64,000 nucleotides of DNA from an uncultured Planctomycetota bacterium (GTDB taxonomy: Bacteria; Planctomycetota; Planctomycetia; Isosphaerales; Isosphaeraceae): the NCBI GenBank assembly GCA_963845755.1, contig CAWJTV010000045.1, positions 1-64,000 on the forward strand, written 5' to 3'. A program made the translations under genes and the position numbers. Positions 43,931 to 54,189 of the stretch are shown one piece after another. The notes beneath the pieces are model-generated. The model made no database searches and was not told where the DNA came from. It worked only from the letters and a program-made list of their open reading frames with translations. Within the stretch, counting starts at the first letter, position 1. Each line of letters opens with the position of its first letter.

Positions 43931-45262
43931 TTATCGCGGAAGAAGAGAATCCTGCCGTGCAGAGATCCGCTCGACGATCAGCGGCGCCGCGGCGGCGGGC
44001 TCGGCGGCTATTGTATATGCCTCGCGGATCAGTGTCTCCGCCTCCGCGAGTCGAGATTCCTCGTTCAGGAATAAGGTACACAGCGGCTCGCCCGCCTGGA
44101 CCGCTTCGCCAGCTTTCTTGTGCAGGACCACACCGACGGCATGATCGACGGGACTATCCATCCGCGCGCGGCCAGCTCCGAGCAACATGGTCGCGTGCCC
44201 CACGGGCCGCGCCGCCAGCGATTGGACATGTCCCGACGCCGACGACTTCAGTACGACCTGTCGACGTGGAGCCGGCAGCAGGGACGCGTCGTCGATAACC
44301 CGGCGGTCACCCCGCTGAAATTCCACCATCCGGCCGAACCGTTCCAGGGCTGATCCATCGGAGATCGTCCGCCGGCAGATCGCCCGCGCCTCCTCCAGCG
44401 ATCCGGCCCGGTCTCCCATCCACACCATTTCCGCGGCCAGCTCGATCGACAGATCGATTAAGTCTGCGGGGCCGGCTCCTCTCAAGCAATCCAGGCTCTC
44501 CGCCACCTCCAGCGCGTTTCCGACCGCACGACCCAGGGGTTGATCCATCCGCGTGATGAGGGCGACGACCTGTTTGCCCAGGCCCCAGCCGATGTTGCAC
44601 ATCGCCCGGGCCAGGGCTATCGAATCCTCGAGCTCGACCATGAACGCGCCGTCGCCGGTCTTCACGTCAAGAACCAGTCCGTCGATCCCCTCCGCCAGCT
44701 TCTTCGACATGATGGACGCCGCGATTAGAGGGATGGATTCGACCGTGGCCGTCGTGTCTCGCATGGCGTAAAGGAACTTATCTGCCGGCGCGATCTCGAC
44801 CGTCTGGCCGATCATGACCAGGCCGCACGAAGCGAGGACGCGTTGATATTGTTGCAGATCCAGATCGACCCGGAAGCCGGGGATGGACTCGAGCTTGTCC
44901 AGAGTACCCCCCGTATGTCCCAGTCCTCGGCCGGAGACCATCGGCACGGGTACCCCGGCCGCCGCCACGACCGGAGCGACGATGAGCGAGGTCTTGTCGC
45001 CGACTCCTCCCGTGCTGTGCTTGTCGATCTTCCGCCCGGGTATTGCCGAAAGGTTGACGATTATCCCAGAGCGAATCATCGCATCGGTCAGCGCGGCCGT
45101 CTCTCCGGCATCCATCCCACGCCAGACGATGGCCATCAACAGCGCAGCCCACTGATAATCGGCCACCTCACCCGTCGCGATCCCCGCAACCATAGCGGCG
45201 ATCTCCGACGGCTCCAGGACCTGGCCATCCCGTTTTTTTCGGATGATATCGACAGCTCGCAT
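43931..45262 (-). CDS. pdp: Pyrimidine-nucleoside/thymidine phosphorylase
   Basis: IIRKKRDG, DKHSTGGVGDK, SGRGLGHTGGTLDKLESIPG, SIMSKK. Confidence 0.95.
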   Translation of the reverse strand: MRAVDIIRKKRDGQVLEPSEIAAMVAGIATGEVADYQWAALLMAIVWRGMDAGETAALTDAMIRSGIIVNLSAIPGRKIDKHSTGGVGDKTSLIVAPVVAAAGVPVPMVSGRGLGHTGGTLDKLESIPGFRVDLDLQQYQRVLASCGLVMIGQTVEIAPADKFLYAMRDTTATVESIPLIAASIMSKKLAEGIDGLVLDVKTGDGAFMVELEDSIALARAMCNIGWGLGKQVVALITRMDQPLGRAVGNALEVAESLDCLRGAGPADLIDLSIELAAEMVWMGDRAGSLEEARAICRRTISDGSALERFGRMVEFQRGDRRVIDDASLLPAPRRQVVLKSSASGHVQSLAARPVGHATMLLGAGRARMDSPVDHAVGVVLHKKAGEAVQAGEPLCTLFLNEESRLAEAETLIREAYTIAAEPAAAAPLIVERISARQDSLLPR

Positions 45263-45305
45263 GATGGATCGCCGATGGTGGGATCGGGTGTTACGCGAGG
45301 CCGCG

Positions 45306-45950
45306 TCAAGGTGCATCCGCCGCCCGTCCGGTGGCAAACTGACGGTCACCGGCGTCGCCAAGCCCGGGATAGATGAATCCGACCTCAGTGAGCCTTTCAT
45401 CGACTGCCCCGACGTGGATTGTCACGTCAGGCATGACCTCACTGACCCGCGCGATTCCTTCGGGCGAGGCGATCAATGACAATAGCTTCAGTTTCGGGAC
45501 GCCCGTGGCTTTGAGGATCTCGCAGGCCCGCAGAGCCGAGCCCCCTGTGGCCAGCATCGGGTCGACCAGGAGGGCCACCGTCACTCGAGGTCGGGCCGGG
45601 AGTTTGTTATAATACTCGGTGGGTTGGAGTGTCGCTTCATCCCGATACAATCCAATGTGCCAGACTTCGGCCTCCGGGATCATTTCGAGGACTCCGTCAG
45701 CCATCCCCAGGCCCGCCCGCAAGATCGGGACAATCCCGACCACATCGGCCAAGACACGCGTCGCCGCAGGACCGAGCGGAGTATCCACCTGGCTCGCGAT
45801 CGTCTTCAAGTCAGCCGTCGCTTCCTGGGTCAGCAAGATCGCCAGTGATCGAACCAACTGCCGGAAGGCCAGCGGAGGCGTTCTCCAGTCACGAAGCTCC
45901 GCAAGCTTGTGTTGCACAATGGGATGGGAGGAAACCACGACCGACGGCAC
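45306..45950 (-). CDS. upp: Uracil phosphoribosyltransferase
   Basis: PILRAGLGM, DPMLATGGSA, IYPGLGDAGDR. Confidence 0.97.
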   Translation of the reverse strand: MPSVVVSSHPIVQHKLAELRDWRTPPLAFRQLVRSLAILLTQEATADLKTIASQVDTPLGPAATRVLADVVGIVPILRAGLGMADGVLEMIPEAEVWHIGLYRDEATLQPTEYYNKLPARPRVTVALLVDPMLATGGSALRACEILKATGVPKLKLLSLIASPEGIARVSEVMPDVTIHVGAVDERLTEVGFIYPGLGDAGDRQFATGRAADAP

Positions 45951-46286
45951 GGCTCTTGGTCCTTTGTCGATTTGTTCTTGGTCCGTCGGGGACGGCTCCC
46001 CGCTGTGTCATACACCGGCTCGAAGCCACGAAGGGCAAAAACCTACGATCAACAAATGGTACACCACAGCTGGCCACCTCGCAGGATACTTCTCCATTTT
46101 CGGACCATGTCGCATGGGACATGATCGAACGAATACCATAGCTCGACTTGCCGTGAAGGGCGTTTTCAATCTACACTGGGCCGATTGATGTTCGCCCTGG
46201 GTCTTTCGAGAAACTGAGTTGGTGCGCTGACACCTGGAAGCCACGCACCCAGGACCAAGGATTGAAGGACCGAGGACCAAAGGACC

Positions 46287-47153
46287 ATGCCGGTTCAGTT
46301 TGCCGTGCTTGCAAGCGGATCGCGGGGGAACTCGACCTTGATCCGTGGCCGGGGTGCCGGCCTGCTGATCGATGTGGGCATGGGTCCCCGAGCGTTGGGA
46401 GGCCGGCTGGAGAGTGTCGGTGCCGGTTGGTGGGCCGTGGCGGGCGTGGTCCTTACGCACACCCATGGCGATCATGTGGACTCGGGGACATTCTCGGAAC
46501 TGGCAAAACGGCGTGTGTCCGTACACTGCCATGAAGGACACCGGGCGCAACTGGCCAGCGACACAGGTTTCCAGCGGCTGGAAGAGGCGGGTTTGGTGTC
46601 GTGCTACGACGAACGCCCTTTCCTCACCTCCTCGGGATCGAGGCTGGAGCCGATCCCGCTCCGTCATGACGCGGGCCCGACGTTCGGCTTCCGAATCGAA
46701 GTGTCGGCGGAACGGCGCGGCGGCCCGGTGAGCATCGGATATCTGGCCGACACGGGAAGCTGGTCCGAGTCGATGGCCGAAAGTCTGACCGACGTAGATG
46801 CGCTCGGAGTGGAGTTTAACCACGACGTGGCCATGCAGAAGTCCTCGGGTCGGTCGCGCCTGTTGATCGCGCGAAACCTGGGCGATCATGGCCATCTCTC
46901 GAACCGGCAGGGCGCCGAGTTCGTGGAGGCCGTGCTCGCGCGGTCCGGGCGAGGAAGCTTACGACATCTCGTGCTGCTCCACCTGAGCGAGCAGTGTAAT
47001 CAACCGGACCTGGCCATCGAGACCGCTCGAAACGCCCTGGGCACTGCGGGCCGAAAGGTTGACATCCACGCCGCTCAACAGAGACTTTCCCATCCGAATC
47101 TCTGGATCGCGCCTGGCCGGAGGTTGTCTCATTCCGGAGGAGACGAGGGTTGA
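46287..47153 (+). CDS. MBL-fold hydrolase (PhnP/YycJ-like)
   Basis: LASGSRGN, THTHGDH, HDA, EFNHD, GHLSN, LLHLS. Confidence 0.9.
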   Translation: MPVQFAVLASGSRGNSTLIRGRGAGLLIDVGMGPRALGGRLESVGAGWWAVAGVVLTHTHGDHVDSGTFSELAKRRVSVHCHEGHRAQLASDTGFQRLEEAGLVSCYDERPFLTSSGSRLEPIPLRHDAGPTFGFRIEVSAERRGGPVSIGYLADTGSWSESMAESLTDVDALGVEFNHDVAMQKSSGRSRLLIARNLGDHGHLSNRQGAEFVEAVLARSGRGSLRHLVLLHLSEQCNQPDLAIETARNALGTAGRKVDIHAAQQRLSHPNLWIAPGRRLSHSGGDEG

Positions 47154-47278
47154 CAAGGTCTCGAGACTAGACGGCGGAAGACCGCACCACCACGGCTGTC
47201 CTCGTCGGGTAGCCCGCCCGACCTCGTCAGCTTCTGGGACTGGGATCGTGAGCGAGACGAAGAGATCGTGGGGACCTC

Positions 47279-48025
47279 TTGAACGTGGCGCACTACTTCG
47301 TCAGCGACATCCATCTTCGCGAAGATCATCCTGAACGCGATGGCCGATTCCGAACCTGGCTCAGCCGGCTCACGCCCGACGACACACTGACGATCGTCGG
47401 CGATCTCTGCGATTTCTGGATGGCCGCACGGCATTCCGAGCGGAAACTGGCCCGTCACCCGAGCCTCGTGGCCCTGGCGGAGTTTCGTGGCCAGGGCGGC
47501 TCGCTGGCGATCATGGCCGGCAACCACGACGTCTGGCTCTGTCCGTTCTACGCGCGCGAGTTGGGTGCCCGGATCATCACAGAGCCCTACGACCTGACCG
47601 CTCACGGCATTCGCGTCCGGTTGGTGCATGGCCATCGATTGGGTGCGCGAAGGCTCTGGAAAGCCGGCCTGGAGAGCCGTGCGTTCTTCCGGACCTTCGG
47701 TCTGATCCCGGGCCCGATCGCCCGGCCGCTCGATCGCGCCCTGGCCTGGAAGAACGATCGGGGACTCTTCGAGGAAGAGGAGCGTCACCTCAAAGTCTTC
47801 CGGGCGTATGTTGCGGCGTGCCGCAGTCTGTCCGATCTCGTCGTCATCGGCCACGTCCATCGCCCGGTGGACGAGCCCGATCCGGCTCCCCGAATGATTG
47901 TCCTGGGGGGTTGGCAGCGCCAGTACAATTACCTGGTGATCGACGAGCGAGTGCGCCACCTTTGTCCGTGGTTTGCTTTCCGCAGTCCCATGTTCGGTGC
48001 GTGGGCAAGCTCACTCGGAGGGTGA
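47279..48025 (+). CDS. LpxH-like metallophosphoesterase (3' end possibly frameshifted)
   Basis: SDIHL, GDLCDFW, GNHD, HG, GHVH, LGGW. Confidence 0.8.
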   Translation: MNVAHYFVSDIHLREDHPERDGRFRTWLSRLTPDDTLTIVGDLCDFWMAARHSERKLARHPSLVALAEFRGQGGSLAIMAGNHDVWLCPFYARELGARIITEPYDLTAHGIRVRLVHGHRLGARRLWKAGLESRAFFRTFGLIPGPIARPLDRALAWKNDRGLFEEEERHLKVFRAYVAACRSLSDLVVIGHVHRPVDEPDPAPRMIVLGGWQRQYNYLVIDERVRHLCPWFAFRSPMFGAWASSLGG

Positions 48026-48100
48026 AGGTTGATCCGCTCGAAGTTCAGACAGACAATTCGATCCCTCATCTCCGGCCCTGGAAAAGACCACGAACAGACG

Positions 48101-48733
48101 ATGAAATTCGACCACCATATTCACACAAGTCGTCATTCTCCCGACAGCGAGCTCGACCCGATCGCGCTGGTCAAACGCGCCCGCGAGATCGGCCTCGACG
48201 GTGTCGTGATCACCGAGCATGACTATCAGTGGGAGCCCGATGAACTCGCGGATCTGGCCGGGCGAGCTGCCCCTCTCCGGGTCTTCTCCGGAGCCGAGAT
48301 CTCGTCGCGCGAAGGCCACTTCCTGGTATACGGCCTCCCCGATCTCGACGAGGTTCCGCCGGGCATCGAGCTCGCCGATCTCCTCCGCGTGGTCCGCGGT
48401 CACGATGCGGCCATCGTCGCGGCGCATCCCTTCCGCTGGGACCAACCCTTTGACGCCATCATCTCCGCGCACGGGCCGGTCTTCGACGCCCTCGAACTGG
48501 TCAGCAAGAACATCTCCCCCGACACACGATCTCGAACGGAGAAACTGCTTCGCACCCATCCCATGGGGACGACGGGGTCTAGCGATGCCCACGAGATCCG
48601 GAATATCGGCTGCTATTTCACCGAATTCGATCGGCCGATCGCGTCGATCGGCGACTTCGTCGCGGCGCTGAGAGATCATCGCGGCCGACCCCGGCACCAT
48701 GTCGGCGCTCGACTGGCTAGCGGGCCGGTCTAG
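48101..48733 (+). CDS. PHP-domain phosphoesterase
   Basis: DHHIHT, ITEHD, GAEIS..GH, AHP, GSSDAH. Confidence 0.9.
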   Translation: MKFDHHIHTSRHSPDSELDPIALVKRAREIGLDGVVITEHDYQWEPDELADLAGRAAPLRVFSGAEISSREGHFLVYGLPDLDEVPPGIELADLLRVVRGHDAAIVAAHPFRWDQPFDAIISAHGPVFDALELVSKNISPDTRSRTEKLLRTHPMGTTGSSDAHEIRNIGCYFTEFDRPIASIGDFVAALRDHRGRPRHHVGARLASGPV

Positions 48734-50046
48734 ACCGCCGTACTCGGCCGGGGCTGCGACCTCCACGAATGAGGCGCAGTGCCCAGCCCGGCTGCGGCGT
48801 GCGGCATTCGCCAAACTATCGACCACCGCCGAGCGACGGCTTTCGCCCCCGGCGGAGTTGTCTGGAGGCGGCTTTGTTCCAACTTGTACTCTCGAAGGAT
48901 CTCGCGGACGGCCTGCGCGAGTTGCTCCTTGAATCCTTGCCTTTCCTGTTCCGACAGGGGACGGCTCAGCGCCGGCTCGACCAGCGGACGAAGCCGCTCG
49001 ATCTCCACGCGGGACTGACCATCAAGTATACTTTCATAGAACTTGAGAAGCGAGGAAGTCGCACTGATGGTGAACCTCTGAAGCTCGACCTGCTCGGTAT
49101 CGGAAAGGGCACCGCCGCGCGCGACCAGTCTTCGAACCTCCTCGATCTCGTCATGAGCGGTGCCCTGGGCCAACCGCTGATGGGCTAACAGCATCCCATG
49201 AAGCGTCCCCAGGTTGCCTCGCCCAAGCGCCACTCGACCAACGACGTTCAAGGTCCCTTCGACGAGCATCAGAAAGTCCGAGCGGGCGACCAGTCTCCTT
49301 TCGACCTGTCGCCGGTTCTCGAGGAGCTGGGCCATACCGCAGCCCACAATGATCAGCACCGCGATCAGTCCCGCTCCCCAAATCGACGGCTTCGACTGAT
49401 TCGCCAACAACCACGGATGCAGGAACCCGATGACTCCGCCTACCAGGGCCCCTCCGGCGTGGCCCCAGTTGTCGATGAACTTGGGCAGTGCGAGACCCAG
49501 TATGGCCGTCAAGAACAAGACGATCCCCATCTGGCGAGCCAGGAGACGTCCCATGCGCCGGTTCGACCGCCATCCCGCGATGGCACACATGCCGACCAGC
49601 CCCAAGATCACCACCGAGCCGCCCGCCGAATGCACCCTCGGATCCGATCCGATGACCTGACGGATCAGGGTCGAGACCAGGTTCCCGAAGCTGCCGGTCA
49701 TCGCGTAGATAACCACGAGCAGCGACGAACCGTACCAGGACTCGACCATCGTCCCAAGTTGGTACATCGCCAGGACATTGAGCGAGACGTGAAGTAGGCT
49801 ATAATGGACGAAAGTGCAAGTCAATAGCCGCCAGTATTGCGCATGATCGAGATCCTGAAGGCTCAGATCGCCGAATTGATTGCCCCCGCCGAAGCCCGTA
49901 ACCAGCCATCGCCAGAGCGACAGGGAGTGGCTGTCCGCTGCATGCTCGGTGTAAGTGTAGGCGGCGAAGAGCGCAATCCAGATGAGGCAGATAGCGAACG
50001 TGGCCGGGTAGTCGCGGAACTCGCGGGCCAACTGACGAGCCGTCAT
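48730..50046 (-). CDS. Rhomboid family intramembrane protease with C-terminal helical extension
   Basis: YWRLLTCTFVH..LLHV.LN, SAGGS, DNWGHAGG. Confidence 0.88.
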   Translation of the reverse strand: MTARQLAREFRDYPATFAICLIWIALFAAYTYTEHAADSHSLSLWRWLVTGFGGGNQFGDLSLQDLDHAQYWRLLTCTFVHYSLLHVSLNVLAMYQLGTMVESWYGSSLLVVIYAMTGSFGNLVSTLIRQVIGSDPRVHSAGGSVVILGLVGMCAIAGWRSNRRMGRLLARQMGIVLFLTAILGLALPKFIDNWGHAGGALVGGVIGFLHPWLLANQSKPSIWGAGLIAVLIIVGCGMAQLLENRRQVERRLVARSDFLMLVEGTLNVVGRVALGRGNLGTLHGMLLAHQRLAQGTAHDEIEEVRRLVARGGALSDTEQVELQRFTISATSSLLKFYESILDGQSRVEIERLRPLVEPALSRPLSEQERQGFKEQLAQAVREILREYKLEQSRLQTTPPGAKAVARRWSIVWRMPHAAAGLGTAPHSWRSQPRPSTAV

Positions 50047-50216
50047 GCTTACTCCCGGGTAGTCGATCGCGTTTTCGGATGCCAGAGCGCGAAGCGCGGA
50101 TCGGACTGCTTGATGGTTGATACGATGGCGCTGGCTTGTGTGGGATGCATTGCCAGTACGAGATTGCCGAAGTGGGTGTTTTCGGTGGAGAGCGGTTGAG
50201 AAACCCACTCCTGTTT

Positions 50217-50837
50217 TCAGGTCGGTGCTCTCTCATTTCCGGTCGTTAAGTGACACTGAGAGTCATCGTCGAGAACAGCCTTCAACCGCCGGAGCCGCTC
50301 CGTCCAGGCGCGATCGTCCAGCACGGGGAGGAGACCGGACGTGGGCAAAGCGGCATCGAGCGTCACCCAGGTCTTGCACCCGGCCTGAGCCGGAGTCGCG
50401 ATGATGCCATAAGCTGCGTCGCGCCGCCAGATGCGCACCCCCAGAACCCAAAGGCCGGGAGTTCGGTAATGGAATCGATGATGGACGGTCGCGTCGGTGA
50501 GGATGTGGAAGTCCTCGAGCGCCGGCAACATCGCCTCGTCCCGGATGTAGCCGATGAGGCCCACTCGCGCCAGGGATCGGATTGGAATGGCCCCGAGCAA
50601 CTCGTTCACGGGCTGGGGCGACGCGATTCCGGTGGACCGTAGCCCTTGCTGGGCCTGATGGACCGCGGTGGGGTAGAGCCAGAATTCGGCATGCTCGGGG
50701 ACGAAATCACCCGCCCCTAGTCCCTCGCGGATTCCCCCCTTGCGGAGGATGATCGACTGGACTCCTTGCTCCAGCGCGTCACAGACGCCGGCCCATTCCT
50801 TGAACGCGACGGCACACGATCCGGTTAGCGCGGCCAA
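50217..50837 (-). CDS. DUF1802 family protein
   Basis: AFKEWAGVCDALEQG.QSIILRKGGIRE, FWLYPT..HQ, GCKTWV. Confidence 0.85.
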   Translation of the reverse strand: MAALTGSCAVAFKEWAGVCDALEQGVQSIILRKGGIREGLGAGDFVPEHAEFWLYPTAVHQAQQGLRSTGIASPQPVNELLGAIPIRSLARVGLIGYIRDEAMLPALEDFHILTDATVHHRFHYRTPGLWVLGVRIWRRDAAYGIIATPAQAGCKTWVTLDAALPTSGLLPVLDDRAWTERLRRLKAVLDDDSQCHLTTGNERAPT

Positions 50838-50841
50838 CTCG

Positions 50842-51837
50842 TTATTCCCATTCCACTCTGGGGAGCCGAACCATCAGGTCCGTCACGGCAGCCCGGGGCG
50901 ACTTGCCCTCGAACAGGATCTGATGGAGCTCTCCGGTGATCGGCATCTCCACACCACGGTCCCTCGCCAGTCCATGGACACTCCGGGTCGTGGGCACGCC
51001 TTCGGCGACGTTGACCATCTCGGCGAGGATATGATCGAGGGTCTGCCCCTTACCGATCCGCTCTCCGACGGCCCGGTTGCGGCCGTACGGGCTATAACAG
51101 GTCGTTACGACGTCCCCTACTCCCGCCAAGCCGTAGAATGTCTCGAGCCGAGCGCCGAGATCGACGCCCAAGCGGGCGATCTCCACGAGGCCACGCGTCA
51201 ACAGAGCAGCCTTGGCATTATCACCGAAACCGAGGCCGTCGCATATCCCTGCGGCGATCCCCAGGATATTCTTGAGGGCTCCCGCCAACTCGACGCCAAG
51301 AGCGTCTGTGCTGGTGTAGACCCGGAACGTCTCATGACTGAGCAGGTCACGGATCTGATCGTTGAGCCCGCCGTCGGTTCCCGAGACGACGACCGAGGCC
51401 GGGAGTCCCCGAGCCAGCTCTTCCGCATGACTTGGCCCGCTCAGCACGGCGACCGGCCGCGGCCCCAGGATCTCCACGATGATCTGGCTCGGGCGCGCGA
51501 ATGTCCCGTACTCGATCCCTTTGACCACGCTGAGGACGGGGATCGACGGGGGGATCGCCGCCGCGAGCTGTCCCAGCGTACGACGAAGGAACGAGGTCGG
51601 GATGGCCGCTACGAGCAACGCGGCCCCGCCGGTCGCTTCCGGCCCGTCGCTCGTGATCCGGATTGAGTCGGGAATCGTGATCTCGGGAAGATGCCGTTCG
51701 TTCACGCGCGTCCGCGCGAACTCCCTCGCGTGCTCGGAATCCCGCGACCAGAGCCAAACCTCCGGGACCGACCGGGCGAATTGGACTGCCAACGCCGTCC
51801 CCATTCCCCCCGCGCCGAGGATCGCGACCTGTCTCAT
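50842..51837 (-). CDS. gpsA: NAD(P)H-dependent glycerol-3-phosphate dehydrogenase
   Basis: GAGGMGTALA, KGIE, SGPSHAEE, GALKNI, GDNAKAAL, GVGD..TC.S..GRN. Confidence 0.96.
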   Translation of the reverse strand: MRQVAILGAGGMGTALAVQFARSVPEVWLWSRDSEHAREFARTRVNERHLPEITIPDSIRITSDGPEATGGAALLVAAIPTSFLRRTLGQLAAAIPPSIPVLSVVKGIEYGTFARPSQIIVEILGPRPVAVLSGPSHAEELARGLPASVVVSGTDGGLNDQIRDLLSHETFRVYTSTDALGVELAGALKNILGIAAGICDGLGFGDNAKAALLTRGLVEIARLGVDLGARLETFYGLAGVGDVVTTCYSPYGRNRAVGERIGKGQTLDHILAEMVNVAEGVPTTRSVHGLARDRGVEMPITGELHQILFEGKSPRAAVTDLMVRLPRVEWE

Positions 51838-52245
51838 GGGATGAAAATGACCACGTTGCCACCCTCGTAGACGGAGTGTCCCATGCCCAGATTACCTCGT
51901 TCCGACGAAAACCTGCTTCCTGACCCAACCTCCTGAATCCGTCGTCGCCGACCCCGGGACCGACTAGTTCATTATAAAGCCGGCCGCCAAGAGCGATACA
52001 TATCCCGATCCGCAATGAACTCGAATCCGGAGCGAACCGCAGGATAATCGTCCTGCACAATTGGCCCGATCTATGCCTAACCGGCTCGCGAGTGGTATCG
52101 TTCTTCATGGAGAAGCGAGGATCCTCGCAAGTGGAGAACCCGGCGCCTTCTCAAACCCGCCCCGATCCCCGCCGATTTTGTTATCGTGATTCGATACGAT
52201 CCGAATGAGCCTTCCGGTTACCAGCGAAGCCGGAGGAGGAGCCCA

Positions 52246-53243
52246 ATGCCTGACGCTCGACCGATTCGCGTCGCAGTCTCCGGTGCCGCAGGTCGCATTG
52301 CTTATTCCCTGGTCTTCCGGATTGCGGCTGGCGGAATGTTTGGCCGCGACCGGCCAGTGGCCCTCCGGCTCCTCGAGCGTCCCGAGGCACAGGCGCAACT
52401 TCGAGGCTGTGAGATGGAATTGAGAGAGTGTGCTTCCATGCTGCTCACCGACTTGACAAGCACGCTGGATCCCCGCGACGCGTTCGAGGGTGCGGATTGG
52501 ATCATCTTGCTGGGTGGCAGGCCCATCCGGCCGGACATCAGGGATCGTCTGGAATTGCTCCGGCAGAATGCGCCGATCATGATCGACCACGGCCGGGCCA
52601 TCAATCAGGTGGCACCGACGGCGCGGATACTCGTCGTGACCAGCCCTAGCAACAGCAATTGCATGGTCGCGCGATCTCAAGCGCCGAGCGTTCCCGAGAA
52701 ACACTGGTTCGCATTGAGCCAGGTCCCCCGAATGCGAGCCGTTGCCCTGGTGTCGGAAAAAGTGGGCTCACCGGCTTCCCAGATCTGCCGTGTGGCCGTT
52801 TGGGGGAACAATAGTGAGAGTGCTTTCCTCGACCTGAAGCCCGCCCGGATCGGCGATCGATCAGCGCTCGAGGTGCTCGATGACACCGATTGGGTGAAGA
52901 CGGTTCTGATTCCCACCATCGCCAAGCGGCCTGATGAGATCTTCAGGCTGAAGGGTACCATGCCCGCCGGCTCGATTGCGCAAGCAATCCTGGGTACGGT
53001 CCGATCGATCATGACGCCCACTCCTTTTGAACGATGGTTCAACGCGGGCGTCGTCTCCGATGGGAGTTATGAAGTACCACGCGGCCTGGTCTTCAGCTTC
53101 CCCTTGTTCACCGCCGACGGCAAGGACTGGTCGATCGTCCCGAACTATTACCTCGACGATGATGCGCGCGCGGCGTCGCTCTCAATGTCGCCGAACTGGA
53201 GCACGAGGCTTCGGCTGTGTCTGACCTGTTGGGTGCGATTTAG
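52246..53243 (+). CDS. Malate dehydrogenase-like protein lacking canonical catalytic residues (frameshift ~53175)
   Basis: RVAVSGAAGRIAYSLVFRIAAG is the Thermus/cytosolic MDH-type N-terminus, but WGNHS reads WGNNS and RLDHNR reads QVPRMR. Confidence 0.85.
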
Positions 53244-53424
53244 TATGCCGCCGACCTCGGATTGACGGGTCGGAGTCCCGCCCTCACGCGTAAGACCGGC
53301 GAAACCGGGTGACTCGAAGCGATCGACTTATCAACGCAACCCCGGCGCTCCAGTGCGGCAAGACACTTGTCCTTGACCGGCCGTGCCGGCATGGAGTAAA
53401 TTAGTTCGTTGGTGGAACTATTCG

Positions 53425-53889
53425 ATGGTAGAGCAAATCGACTCATTGGACGACAAAGCCGCGGATCTCGGCGATTTGATGCGGGAAATCTCCGAGCAGT
53501 TCCGCAGCCTGAACGCGGGGGCGGCCTGCCGAACATCGATGGAGCTAAGCATGCAGGAGTTCCGCGTCGTCGAGCACCTTGGGATGGTTGGTCCTCGAAT
53601 GATGCGCGAACTTGCAGAGTATTTGCGCCTGGCCGTGAACTCCGTGACGGCCGTGGTGGATCATCTCGAGCGCAAAGGCTTCGTCAACCGGCGGCGGTCG
53701 GACGAGGATCGCAGAGTAATCCGGGTCGGATTGACGGGGACAGGCCAGAGCGCCTACGAGGATATCTCGGCCGGGAAGGCACGATTCTTCCGAGGGATGC
53801 TCGAGTCGTTGACCGACGAAGAACAGGCGATCTTCCTCATGCTATTCCGGAAGATCGCCCGTGCGGGGCGATCGGAGATGACCGCATGA
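53425..53889 (+). CDS. MarR family transcriptional regulator
   Basis: ELAEYL..SVTAVVDHLERKGFV.R..DRRVIRVGLT.TG. Confidence 0.92.
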   Translation: MVEQIDSLDDKAADLGDLMREISEQFRSLNAGAACRTSMELSMQEFRVVEHLGMVGPRMMRELAEYLRLAVNSVTAVVDHLERKGFVNRRRSDEDRRVIRVGLTGTGQSAYEDISAGKARFFRGMLESLTDEEQAIFLMLFRKIARAGRSEMTA

Positions 53890-54189
53890 TCGCCCAGGAA
53901 TGCAGAGCCCGACGCCGGAATCGGCGCGCAATCACGCGGGTTCCTCGAAACCCGCCTTTTTGTGAACGGGTATCGAGCCTATCATGAATCATGCGTGTCG
54001 CGTCCTCCGGAGGAGCTCCGACTCCAGTTGATCGCAACACGCCGATCCGGTGCGGTAGTCGTCGGACTCATCACGAACGGACGCTCAGGAGCGGGACCTT
54101 TGCCATTACGTTTCTTCGTGCTTTTCCCAACCGGCCTTCCCGAGGTCGCCAGCCGCGGTCCTCGTTCCCTTTCGGGGGTTTTCTGACTC

